Shown here in pieces: positions 12,030 through 23,068 of a stretch of 64,000 nucleotides of DNA. Within the stretch, counting starts at the first letter, position 1; every line of letters begins with the position of its first letter. The notes below the pieces were generated by a model, which saw nothing but the letters and a program-made list of their open reading frames with translations, was not told the origin of the DNA and did not search any database. Source of the stretch: Heptranchias perlo. Lineage: Eukaryota. The stretch covers positions 1 through 64,000 of the forward strand of contig NW_027139717.1 in NCBI RefSeq assembly GCF_035084215.1, written 5' to 3'. The translations under genes and the position numbers were made by a program.

Positions 12030-13132
12030 TTGGATCCAAAATTGGCTCAGTGGCAGGAAGAAAAGGGTAATGATCAAGGGGTGTTTTTTTGACTGGAAGG
12101 CTGTTTCCAGTGGGGTTCCGCAGAGCTCAGTACTCGGTCCCTTGCTTTTTGTGATGTATATTAATGATTTGGACTTAAATGTAGGGGGCTTGATCAAGAA
12201 GTTTGCAGATGATACAAAATTGGCCGCATGGTTGATAGTGAGGAGGAAAGCTGTAGAGTGCAGGAAGATATCAATGGACTGGTCAGGTGGGCAGAAAAAT
12301 GGTAAATGGAATTTAATCCGGAGAAGTGTGAGGTAATGCATTTGGGGCCGGCAAATAAGGCAAGGGAGCACACAATAAATGGGAGGATACTGAAAGGTGT
12401 AGATGAAGTGAGGGACCTTGGAATACATGTCCACAGATCCCTGAAGGTAGCAGGACAGGTAGATAAGGTGGTTAACAAGGCAAATGGAATTCTTTCCTTT
12501 ATTAGACACGGCATAGAATATAAGAGCAGGGAGGTTATGCTGGAACTGTATAAAACAATGGTTAGGCCCCAACTTGAGTACTGTGTACAGTTCTGGTCAC
12601 CACATTACAGGAAGGGTGCAATTGCACGAGAGAGGGTGCAGGGGAGATTTACAAGGATGTTGCCAGGACTGGATAATTTTAGCTATGAGGAAAGATTGGA
12701 TAGGCTGGGATTGTTCTCTTTGAAACTGAGGAGGCTGAGGATTGATTTAATTGAGGTGTACAAAATTATGTGTGGCCGAGATAGGCTGGATAGGAAGGAC
12801 CGATTTCCCTTCGCAGAGAGGTCAATAAACAAGGGGCAGGGCATAGATTTAAAGTGATTGGTGGAAGGATTATTGAGGAGCTGAGGAAAACATTTTTCAC
12901 CCAGAGGCTGGTAGGTGTCTGGAACTCACTGCCTGAAAGGGTGGTAGAGGCAGAAACCCTCAACTCATTTAAAAGGTACCTGGATATGCACCTGAAGTGC
13001 CATGACCTACAAGGCTATGGACCAAGTGCTGGAAAGTGGGATTAGACTGGGTGGCTCATTTTCGGCTGGCGTGGACACAATGGACTGAATGGCCTCCTTC
13101 TGTGCTGTAAATTTTCTATGATTCTATGATTC
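12030..13132 (+). mobile_element. CR1 LINE 3' portion with (attctatg)n tail
   Basis: [48 protein letters not shown]; ends with ttctatgattctatgattc. Confidence 0.93.
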
Positions 13133-13489
13133 CAATTAACACTAAGCAGGGTAGTTCAGGGATCATGAGAACACTACTGAAGAAAAGTAACTGCTGGGAA
13201 CCAAGCAATGTGTCCTTGTAAACCACAGATTAGGGAACTTCCAGCTTCAGTGACAGAGATGGATCACAACAGGGTATAAAAGTGAGGGGATACTGATGTA
13301 AGGGGCAGTTGGGACTGGAGACACCGGAGATCAAGCTCAGGGAGTCCGTGGTTCCATCCAGAGGACTGATCTCGTCTACACGGGGGATTTGCATGTTTAG
13401 TCTGGTATGGGGGAGGAAAGAGAATTTGCTCATATATTTCTTAATGAGATATTAAAGTTGCTGACTCTCAGACTTGTTAATTAATAAGA

Positions 13490-14070
13490 CAATGCATTAT
13501 TTAGAACCTTCCATCCCTAAGTCTCTCTGCTGCTCTACTTTTAAACTTTCACCATTTAGTTTACATTTCATCTCATTTTTCTTCCTCTCAAAATGCAAAA
13601 CGTCACATTTCTCTGCATTAAATTTCACTTGGCCCATTTACTAACCCGTGGAGGTCACAGTGAAGTCACTGACTCCTCTTCACAGTTCCCCACGCTGCCA
13701 ATTTTGGCGTCATCTAGAAATTTTCACCTTGTGTCCCACAAACCCAAGCTCATATCATTCTCTACATTGAGATTAGCAATGGTCCCAACACTGACCCTGG
13801 GGCACACCAATGTTTACATCCCCCCAGTCTGAAGAAAATCTATTAACCACTGCTTTCTGTTTTCTGCCCTTTCAACAACTTCCTGTACACAATGCCTCAT
13901 TCCTTTTAATATGGTAAGTATTAATTTTATCAACAAGCCTCCTGTCCTGCATCTTACCAAAAACCCTTTCACAATCAATGTGCACAACATCCACTACATT
14001 TCCTTTATCAGTCGACTTGAGTTATCTCAAATGATCCATGTTGGCTGTTCTTAATTGATGTGTTTTTCTA
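13490..14070 (-). mobile_element. Old, degenerate CR1 fragment
   Basis: Remnants of ccccagggtcagtgttggga (PQGSVLG) and gaaatttaatgcagagaaatgtga (FNAEKC) on the minus strand. Confidence 0.65.
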
Positions 14071-14199
14071 ACAAATGTTGAAATGTTTGCTCCACCTCAT
14101 CTGGTTTGATCTGTTTCAAGACGCAACAGAAAGGTTGCGTTGTCTCCTGGAGTTAAAGATAAATTAGGTTTTAAAAATTATGTTTCAGACAATGAGGGA

Positions 14200-14930
14200 C
14201 ATCTGGGCTTAGACCCGCCCATTCTGTGCCGCACTCACACACTCCGATTCGTTGGAGGACCAACTCACCCCTCGCCCACACCTCCCGTCAATTTCCGCTC
14301 CTCCTATTGGTCCGGAACTCTCCTTAGTCACCAGGACGGGATTAGTGGTGAGACTGACATCCTGAGGTGCAGTTCGAAAATAAACATGAATTGAACCCGT
14401 CAGTTGCAACATTTAATAAAACGAAATTGATAAAAGTTACCGTAAAAAATATTTTCTGGATTTCACCAAAATGGGGGAGCGTCTGCGCTGTGTGTTTGTG
14501 CCGGTTTAAATGACACAAAGAGCTGGGGTTTCAGTTTATTTTATTTTCCTTGGTCCAAACGCGCTCTCCCTGCTTCCAATGTCTTTGTTTTTCGGCCTGA
14601 TATTATGATCATTAATGGCGGCTGCATCACCCAGCATGCAGCGCGGTACAGATTGTGCCCTATCTGAATCAGTGGAGCCCAGTGCGCAGGCGCAGTAGTG
14701 ACTCATTTCCGGTCAGTGTGTCCTGAGCATGCGCAACCAGTCGAGGCTGCGGGAGGAGCGCGTTCGGTGCAGGTCAGAGGATCGGAGCAAGAGGCTCAAT
14801 AAACCCCGGGGCCCGGGTCCGGGCTCAGGCCCAGGCTCAGGCTTTACAAACCCCGAGTGCGGCCCCAGACCCGAATATAAAACAGTGAACATTATCCCCC
14901 CCTCACTACCCGCCGGGAAATGAAGGGGAA
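14200..14930 (+). promoter_or_regulatory. CpG-rich putative promoter/first exon of ZNF copy 1
   Basis: GC box (cccgccc, about 14214), inverted CCAAT (attgg, about 14306), NRF1-like tgcgcaggcgca (about 14683) and gcatgcgca (about 14727), ETS-like atttccggt (about 14705); CpG-dense. Confidence 0.6.
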
Positions 14931-15484
14931 ATGGGGATCGGTCAGGGAGCGTCTGTAAATGAAGGGGAAATGGTGATCGGTCAGGGAGCGTCTGTAAATG
15001 AAGGAGAAATGGTGATCGGTCAGGGAGCGTCAGTAAATGAAGGAGAAATGGTGATCGGTCAGGGAGCGTCTGTAAATGAAGGAGAAATGGCGATCGGTCA
15101 GGGAGCGTCTGTAAATGAAGGAGAAATGGGGATCGGTCAGGGAGCGTCTGTAAATGAAGGGGAAATGGGGATCGGTCAGGGAGCGTCTGTAAATGAAGGA
15201 GAAATGGGGATCGGTCAGGTAGCGTCTGTAAATGAAGGGGAAATGGGGATCGGTCAGGGAGCGTCTGTAAATGAAGGAGAAATGGTGATCGGTCAGGGAG
15301 CGTCTGTAAATGAAGGGGAAATGGGGATCGGTCAGGGAGCGTCTGTAAATGAAGGAGAAATGTGATTGGTCAGGGAGCGTCTGTAAATGAAGGAGAAATC
15401 GTGATCGGTCAGGGAGCGTCTGTAAAAGGAGAAGAAATGGTGATGGGTCAGTGATCGTCTGTTAATGAAGGAGAAATGGTGATC
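14920..15484. repeat. 39-bp minisatellite (atggggatcggtcagggagcgtctgtaaatgaaggggaa), about 14 copies, between the ZNF promoter and the finger exon
   Basis: Direct tandem periodicity; gives the MGIGQGASVNEGE repeat ORF. Confidence 0.96.
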
Positions 15485-15775
15485 TTTATATCTTTATTCA
15501 TCCAGGGAGCTCGAGCTTTGGGTGCTGTTCCTTTCCTTCTCATTGGAATCTGTCCACTCTGTACCCAAACCAACTCCTCCTTGAAGGCCTCCCATTGTTC
15601 AATTACTGTTCTGCCTGCCAATTTTTGATTCCAATCCACACGGACAAGATCCCTTTTTAACTCACTGGAATTAGCTCTCCTCCAGTTCAGAATTTTCACA
15701 TTTGACTGTCCCTTGTCCTTTTCCATAACTGTTCTAAACCTAATGAGATTATGATCACTGCTGCCCCACTGAAAC
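15485..15775 (-). mobile_element. CR1 ORF2 fragment (endonuclease end/linker)
   Basis: GSSDHNLIRF..LNWRRANxxxLK..WEAFKEEL..APWMNKDIK. Confidence 0.8.
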
Positions 15776-16552
15776 ATGCTCCACCTGCCCCACTTCATTC
15801 TCCACACAGAGCCCACTGCTGTACTCACACTCACTCTCACACTCACATTTACTCTCTCACACTCACTCTCTCACACTCACTCTCTCACACTCACTCTCTC
15901 ACACTCACATTCACTCTCACACTCACATTCACTCTCATTCTCACTCACTCTCTCACTCTCGCATTCACTCTCTCGCACTCTCTCTCACCATTTCACTCAT
16001 GGTTTAGGGCCACTGAAAGATGATGTGATGAGTTTGGATTTCAGCACAGGGAAGAGGGAGAGTGTGTGGGATGGGGATTTGCAGCTTTGAGGCACAAGAG
16101 TGGAAAGAATGTTCCGTAGAAGCTAGAATTGTCTGTTCTGAATTTCTATCCTGTACTTACAGTGATTACTTTTATAAACTCCTTTACAGGGTATTAGAAG
16201 GGGAGGATTAGCAGAGGGAAACTCAAACCAAAGATCACGTCAAGATCTGACAGAGTCACTCGATTCATCAGGACCTGAATATCATCGGCCTTTGAATGTG
16301 GAAGGAGAAATGTTTGTCTGTTCCATCTGTGGGAGAAGATTTCAAACATCAGTGTGAGTGGAAAAGCACCGAGACACACACACCCGAGTGAGAGTGTTCC
16401 AGTGCACTGACTGTGGAAAGAGCTTTAACCAGTTACACAGCCAGAAAAAACACTGCACCATTCACAGCGGGGAGAAACCGTACACGTGTTCTCTGTGTGG
16501 ACGAGGCTTCAACTGATCGTCCAACCTGGAGAAACACAAGGACACCCGGACC

Positions 16553-17590
16553 ATGGAGAAACCGTGGAAATGTGGGGACTGTGGGAAGGGATTCAATTAC
16601 CCATCCAGGCTGGAAACTCATCGACGCAGTCACACTGGGGAGAGGCCGTTCACCTGCTCCGTGTGTGGGAAGGGATTCAATTACCCGTCCAGGCTGGAAA
16701 CTCATCGATGCAGTCACACTGGGGAGAGGCCGTTCTCCTGCTCCGTGTGTGGGAAGGGATTCACTATTTCATCCGACCTGCTGAAACACCAGCGAGTTCA
16801 CACTGGCGAGAGGCCGTTCTCCTGCTCCGTGTGTAAGAAGAGATTCACTCAGTCATCCACCCTGCTGGCACACCAGCGAGTTCACACTGGGGAGAGGCCG
16901 TTCACCTGCTCCGTGTGTGGGAAGAGATTCACTTGGTCATCACACCTGCTGTCACACCAGCGAGTTCACTCCGATGAGAGACCTTTTAAATGCTCTGACT
17001 GTGGGAAGAGCTTTAAAGGCAGAAATGAACTGCTGAGACATCAACGCAGTGACACCGGGGAGAGGCCGTTCACCTGCTCCGTGTGCGGAAAGAGATTCAC
17101 ACTGTCATCCACCCTGCTGGCACACCAGCGAGTTCACACTGGGGAGAGGCCGTTCACCTGCTCCGTGTGTAAGAAGAGATTCACTCATTCATCCTCCCTG
17201 CTGAAACATCAACTTGTTCACACTGATGGGAGACCTTTTAAATGTTCTGACTGTGAGAGGAGCTTTAAAAGCAAAATTGAACTGCTGCAACACCAACGCA
17301 CTCACACTGGGGAGAGACCGTTCATCTGCTCTGTCTGTAAGAAGAGATTTACTCGGTCATCCCACCTGCTGATACACCAGCGAGTTCACACTGGGGAGAG
17401 GCCGTTCTCCTGCTCCGTGTGTGGGAAGAAATTCACTCATTCTTCCACCCTGCTAACACACCAGCGAGTTCACTCCGATGAGAGACCTTTTAAATGTTCT
17501 GACTGTGAGAAGAGGTTTAAAAGCAAAAGGAATCTGCTGACACACCAACGCACTCACACTGGGGAGAGGCCGCTCACCTGCTCCGTGTGA
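16553..17590 (+). CDS. Tandem C2H2 zinc-finger protein (12 fingers, one with H>D); no KRAB/BTB/SCAN domain seen
   Basis: ATG in accATGg context, repeated CxxC-x12-HxxxH with TGERPF linkers. Splice acceptor at 16189. Degenerate in-frame fingers upstream (TGA at 16355 and 16514) and downstream to about 18143. Confidence 0.85.
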   Translation: MEKPWKCGDCGKGFNYPSRLETHRRSHTGERPFTCSVCGKGFNYPSRLETHRCSHTGERPFSCSVCGKGFTISSDLLKHQRVHTGERPFSCSVCKKRFTQSSTLLAHQRVHTGERPFTCSVCGKRFTWSSHLLSHQRVHSDERPFKCSDCGKSFKGRNELLRHQRSDTGERPFTCSVCGKRFTLSSTLLAHQRVHTGERPFTCSVCKKRFTHSSSLLKHQLVHTDGRPFKCSDCERSFKSKIELLQHQRTHTGERPFICSVCKKRFTRSSHLLIHQRVHTGERPFSCSVCGKKFTHSSTLLTHQRVHSDERPFKCSDCEKRFKSKRNLLTHQRTHTGERPLTCSV

Positions 17591-18217
17591 GGGAAGGGAT
17601 TCACTATTTCATCCAAACTGCTGACACACCAACTTGTTCAGACTGGGGAGAGACCTTTTTAATGTTCTGACTGCACGAAGAGCTCTAAATGCAGATACAA
17701 ATTGTGAAGACATCGACACACTCACGCCAGGGAGAGGCCGTTCACCTGCTCCCTGTGTAAGAAGAGATTTACTCGGTCATCACACCTGCTGAGACACCAG
17801 CGAGTTCACTCTGATAAGAGACCTCTGAAATGTTCTGACTGTGAGAAGGGCTTTAAAACAAATGATCTGAAACACCAACACACTGACACTGGGGAGAGAC
17901 TGTTCACCTGCTCCATGTGTGGGAAGGGATTCACGAATTCATCTCACCTTCTGAGACATCAACTTGTTCACACTATTGAGTGACCTTTTAATGCAGTAAC
18001 TTTGAGAAGAGCTTTGAAAGCAGAAATGAACTGCTGACACATCAACTCACGCACATTGTGGAGAGACTGTTCACCTGCTCCGTGTGTGGGAAGGGATTCA
18101 CTCAGTCATCACACGTGCTGAGACACCAGCGAGTTCACAAGTGACTGCAGGGGTTGGATTCTGCAGTTAATCCCATCCAGGACTGAACTCTGGTGTTTAG
18201 AGTCAGGAAGAACAACG

Positions 18218-20909
18218 TGTAAGGATTAACCCATTAACAGATAGAATTTCGTATAATTATAATCAATAGTAGAAGTAGAACAAAATGTACTGTGAATCTA
18301 TGTATCTATAAATGTAAACTGCACTGTGTATTAATATAGAATGAACCATGTAACGTGTGTTCAATAAGAAAGTGCTGGTGGGCCGAGAAGGATGCATGAT
18401 GGTTATTATAGTCAAGTTTGCAGTTAAAACTAAAAGGATGCTGACAACAGTAAAGTGGGAATTAACAGACCTAAGGGAGGAATGTGCTGTAATAGCATAA
18501 TGTCTAAAAGACATGCAGATAAAGGGACTGAAGGTTCATTAAATCAAGGAGTCACTCAGGCGTAGGCCTCTCTATCTCGAGCCTCCACAAGCCAGTCAGT
18601 AGAAGTCTGTTTATACAAACGGTTCTGTGAAGGCTGGCAATGTAAACTCTAAATAAGGTTCTGTTAAGTCTGTAACAACAAGGCACGGATGGGACCAGGA
18701 GTTATGCTTGGAATGTAACTTCTGAAGGTTGAGAGACATGAATAATGGTCAGGCTGAGAGATGTGGATGTGAGAGTGAACTGCTCATAAACTGAAAAAGG
18801 GAATAAGAAGAGACCTCAAAAGCTGAGGAAGGCGAACAAGATTCTGGCAAGGAAGAAGAGAACTTTTCAGTCAACAGAGAGAGAGAGAGAGACCNNNNNN
18901 NNNNNNNNNNNNNNNNNNNNNNNNNNNNNNNNNNNNNNNNNNNNNNNNNNNNNNNNNNNNNNNNNNNNNNNNNNNNNNNNNNNNNNNNNNNNNNNNNNNN
19001 NNNNNNNNNNNNNNNNNNNNNNNNNNNNNNNNNNNNNNNNNNNAGGGATAGAGAGAGAGAGAGACCGCACCGTAGTCACTTGGAGGGATAGAGAGAGAGA
19101 GAGAGACCGCACCGCAGTCACTTGGAGGGATAGAGAGAGAGAGACCGCACCGCAGTCACTTGGAGGGATAGAGAGAGAGAGAGAGAGACCGCACCGTAGT
19201 CACTTGGAGGGATAGAGAGAGAGAGAGAGACCGNNNNNNNNNNNNNNNNNNNNNNNNNNNNNNNNNNNNNNNNNNNNNNNNNNNNNNNNNNNNNNNNNNN
19301 NNNNNNNNNNNNNNNNNNNNNNNNNNNNNNNNNNNNNNNNNNNNNNNNNNNNNNNNNNNNNNNNNNNNNNNNNNNNNNNNNNNNNNNNNNNNNNNNNNNN
19401 NNNNNNNNNNNNNNNNNNNNNNNNNNNNNNNNNNNNNNNNNNNNNNNNNNNNNNNNNNNNNNNNNNNNNNNNNNNNNNNNNNNNNNNNNNNNNNNNNNNN
19501 NNNNNNNNCTTGGAGGGATAGAGAGAGAGAGAGAGAGACCGCACCGTAGTCACTTGGAGGGACAGAGAGAGAGAGAGACCGCACCGTAGTCACTTGGAGG
19601 GGGAGAGAGAGAGAGAGAGAGAGACCGCACCGTAGTCACTTGGAGGGATAGAGAGAGAGAGAGAGACCGCACCGTAGTCACTTGGAGGGATAGAGAGAGA
19701 GAGACCGNNNNNNNNNNNNNNNNNNNNNNNNNNNNNNNNNNNNNNNNNNNNNNNNNNNNNNNNNNNNNNNNNNNNNNNNNNNNNNNNNNNNNNNNNNNNN
19801 NNNNNNNNNNNNNNNNNNNNNNNNNNNNNNNNNNNNNNNNNNNNNNNNNNNNNNNNNAGGGATAGAGAGAGAGAGAGACCGCACCGTAGTCACTTGGAGG
19901 GATAGAGAGAGAGAGAGAGAGACCGCACCGTAGTCACTTGGAGGGATAGAGAGAGAGAGAGAGACCGNNNNNNNNNNNNNNNNNNNNNNNNNNNNNNNNN
20001 NNNNNNNNNNNNNNNNNNNNNNNNNNNNNNNNNNNNNNNNNNNNNNNNNNNNNNNNNNNNNNNNNNNNNNNNNNNNNNNNNNNNNNNNNNNNNNNNNNNN
20101 NNNNNNNNNNNNNNNNNNNNNNNNNNNNNNNNNNNNNNNNNNNNNNNNNNNNNNNNNNNNNNNNNNNNNNNNNNNNNNNNNNNNNNNNNNNNNNNNNNNN
20201 NNNNNNNNNNNNNNNNNNNNNNNNNNNNNNNNNNNNNNNNNNNNNNCTTGGAGGGATAGAGAGAGAGAGAGAGAGAGACCGCACTGTAGTCACTTGGAGG
20301 GATAGAGAGAGAGAGAGAGACCGCACCGCAGTCACTTGGAGGGACAGAGAGAGAGAGAGAGAGAGACCGCACCGTAGTCACTTGGAGGGACAGAGAGAGA
20401 GAGAGAGACCGNNNNNNNNNNNNNNNNNNNNNNNNNNNNNNNNNNNNNNNNNNNNNNNNNNNNNNNNNNNNNNNNNNNNNNNNNNNNNNNNNNNNNNNNN
20501 NNNNNNNNNNNNNNNNNNNNNNNNNNNNNNNNNNNNNNNNNNNNNNNNNNNNNNNNNNNNNNNNNNNNNNNNNNNNNNNNNNNNNNNNNNNNNNNNNNNN
20601 NNNNNNNNNNNNNNNNNNNNNNNNNNNNNNNNNNNNNNNNNNNNNNNNNNNNNNNNNNNNNNNNNNNNNNNNNNNNNNNNNNNNNNNNNNNNNNNNNNNN
20701 NNNNNNNAGGGACACTCCCGAGGTTTCAAGGAACACTCACTATTTCTCTTTGTTCAGTATCACCTTTTTGCACTAATTGTGATGTGATTAATAAATCGGT
20801 TTTGCCTTTAACCGTAATACCAGTACCAGTGGTGATCTTGTTGTTGTCAGGAACCAGTCCTGAGATTGGATCAGATTATAATCCTGAAAATAGTGGTTTA
20901 AATCCGACA
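18218..20909 (+). mobile_element. LTR (5' LTR of an ERV or LTR retrotransposon) containing an expanded minisatellite
   Basis: Starts TGTAAGGATTAACCC and ends GGTTTAAATCCGACA (TG..CA, imperfect inverted ends). AATAAA at 20790. Followed after 2 nt by a primer-binding site. Confidence 0.75.
18876..20712. repeat. Compound minisatellite ccgcaccgtagtcacttggagggata(ga)n with N gaps
   Basis: Constant core of about 26 nt plus a variable GA run, repeated across gapped sequence. Confidence 0.93.
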
Positions 20910-20911
20910 AT

Positions 20912-20929
20912 TGGCGACCACGAAGGGAC
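20912..20929 (+). promoter_or_regulatory. Primer-binding site complementary to the 3' end of tRNA-Arg(TCG)
   Basis: TGGCGACCACGAAGGGAC is the reverse complement of GUCCCUUCGUGGUCG-CCA, the vertebrate tRNA-Arg(UCG) 3' end (from memory). Confidence 0.85.
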
Positions 20930-20954
20930 TATTTCTGACAACAGCTGAAACCTG

Positions 20955-21328
20955 GTGGGGGATAGTTCCATAATATAAATTGATTATTTCTCCAGTAAAA
21001 TGCAGTGAGTGGGGGATAGTTACATAATATAAATTGATTATTTCTCCAGTAAAATGCAGTGAGTGGGGGATAGTTACATAATATAAATTGATTATTTCTC
21101 CAATAAAATGCAGTGAGTGGAGGATAGTTCCATAATATAAATTGATTATTTCTCCAGTAAAATGCAGTGAGTGGGGGATAGTTACATAATATAAATTGAT
21201 TATTTCTCCAGTAAAATGCAGTGAGTGGGGGATAGTTACATAAAATAAATTGATTATTTCTCCAGTAAAATGCAGTGAGCGGAGGATAGTTACATAATAT
21301 AAATTGATTATTTCTCCAGTAAAATGCA
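20955..21328. repeat. 54-bp AT-rich minisatellite, about 7 copies
   Basis: Unit gtgagtgggggatagttacataatataaattgattatttctccagtaaaatgca. Confidence 0.95.
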
Positions 21329-21413
21329 GAGTGGAGTGCACACCCACCACGGGTGGCCTCATAAAATGAGGACAATCAGTTTTTCTTTCCTTGGTGAGAG
21401 GTTTCTTTAATCT

Positions 21414-21486
21414 GGGGATTTAGTTCAGTGGTCGAGCGCATGTTTCGCATGTGTTGAGGTCCTGGGTTCAACTCCCAGCGTCTTCC
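21414..21486 (+). pseudogene. tRNA-Ala(CGC) pseudogene
   Basis: ggggatttagttcagtggtcgagcgcatgtttCGCatgtgttgaggtcctgggttcaactcccagcgtcttcc aligns to vertebrate tRNA-Ala(CGC) with several stem mismatches and a 1-nt insertion. Confidence 0.8.
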
Positions 21487-21983
21487 TCAATAGTTTTTCA
21501 CCAGAATTACCCACGGAAAGTTGAATGACGCTTTTTGAGCTCAGCGAGTTCCAACTTCTGAGGCTCCACAAGCATTAAATTGTCCCGGAGCGGGACTTCA
21601 TCTCACGGTCCCCTCAACAGCTCAACTCAAAGCAGCCGCCGACTGAGGGGAATGTGTGACGGTGCAATATCGAGCGAGCAGTCCCAGCTCTTGTTCCTGT
21701 TTGACGCTCTGTCATTCTTCCATCTCACTTTATGATTCAGAGGTTGGATTTCAGCCTTGTCACTGACCATTAGCGATTGGGTTTTTTTTATTTCCGCAGA
21801 CTTTTTTTTTGGAAAGTTCAAAGTAAAGAGGAGCAGAAACCCCGTGAACTGAAGCAGAGGTTGAACATTGTGAACACGCGGGACCGCTGGGCATCTCGAT
21901 GTCCTGGAGAGACGGAGCAGAAAGCTCACGGCTTCACTTCTAAAGTGTCTGCTTGTTTATTTCTCAGGTACCTTTTGACCCGT

Positions 21984-22055
21984 GGGAATGTCGCTCAGTG
22001 GAAGAGCGCATGCTTTGCATGTATGAGGTCCCGGGTTCAATCCCCGGCATCTCCA
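21984..22055 (+). tRNA. tRNA-Ala(TGC), near-intact (A4-C69 mismatch, A9>C)
   Basis: GGGAATGTCGCTCAGTGGAAGAGCGCATGCTTTGCATGTATGAGGTCCCGGGTTCAATCCCCGGCATCTCCA. The G3:U70 identity pair, anticodon arm and T arm are intact; TTTT lies about 20 nt downstream. Confidence 0.85.
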
Positions 22056-22387
22056 AACAAGTTACATTTCAAATTTTGGATTCAACTGTGAGAATATCAT
22101 CTGAGACTCGCCTCACATTCACACACAAGGAGAGACAAGAGTTTCTTCACCTTGCGAAAAACCGAACGCTCCGCACAGAATATAATTCAATGGGAGAGCG
22201 CCCACGGTGTTTCAATGGCTCCCATCTCATGGTTGAACAGCTTGCCCAGTGATAGATTATTTCCAGTTTCACAGATTGGGGGGAAGCAGCGGACCGGCGT
22301 TCCGACCACAAAGAGGGAAGAATAGTCTGGATGTTGGGAGCTTCTTCTTTTCCCAGAGAGGAGTGAGCATCTGGAATGCATTCCCGG

Positions 22388-23068
22388 CTGGTGCGGTGGG
22401 TGCTGACCCTCTCTGGTGTGGTGGGTGCTGACCCTCTCTGGTGCGGTGGGTGCTGACTCTCTCTGGTGTGGTGGGTGCTGACTCTCTCTGGTGCGGTGGG
22501 TGCTGACTCTGACCCTCTCTGGTGCGGTGGGTGCTGAGTCTGACTCTCTCTGTGCGGTGGGCGCTGACTCTCTCTGGTGCGGTGGGCGCTGACTCTGACC
22601 CTCTCTGGTGCGGTGGGTGCTGACTCTCTCTGGTGCGGTGGGTGCTGACTCTGACTCTCTCTGGTGCGGTGGGTGCTGACTCTGACCCTCTCTGGTGCGG
22701 TGGGTGCTGACTCTCTCTGGTGCGATGGGTGCTGACTCTCTCTGGTGCGGTGGGTGCTGACTCTCTCTGGTGCGGTGGGTGCTGACTCTCTCTGGTGCGA
22801 TGGGTGCTGACTCTCTCTGGTGCGGTGGGTGCTGACTCTCTCTGGTGCGGTGGGTGCTGTCCCTCTCTGGTGCGGTGGGTGCCGACTCTCTCTGGTGCGG
22901 TGGGTGCTGACTCTCTCTAGTGCGGTGGGTGCTGTCCCTCTCTGGTGCGGTGGGTGCCGACTCTCTCTGGTGCGGTGGGTGCTGACTCTCTCTGGTGCGG
23001 TGGGTGCTGACTCTCTCTGGTGCGGTGGGTGCTGTCCCTCTCTGGTGCGGTGGGTGCCGACTCTCTCT
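22388..23068. repeat. 25-bp minisatellite (ctggtgcggtgggtgctgactctct), about 26 copies, embedded in a CR1-like 3' fragment (about 22250-23400)
   Basis: Tandem units preceded by FFSQRGVSIWNAFP-coding sequence. Confidence 0.93.

Noticed and set aside
11680-12039. Conserved ORF pair 11752..12039 / 38640..38927
   Set aside because: Conservation reflects the recent duplication; the ORF starts inside a CR1 edge and has no identifiable domain.
17588-17590. TGA at a zinc-ligand Cys position (CSV*GKG) as possible selenocysteine
   Set aside because: A TAA follows in the next finger, further fingers are frameshifted, the other copies lack it, and no SECIS was recognised. Ordinary decay is simpler.
18876-20712. 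CRISPR-like look (constant repeat plus variable spacer)
   Set aside because: The spacers are only (GA)n runs, there are no cas genes, and the context is vertebrate.
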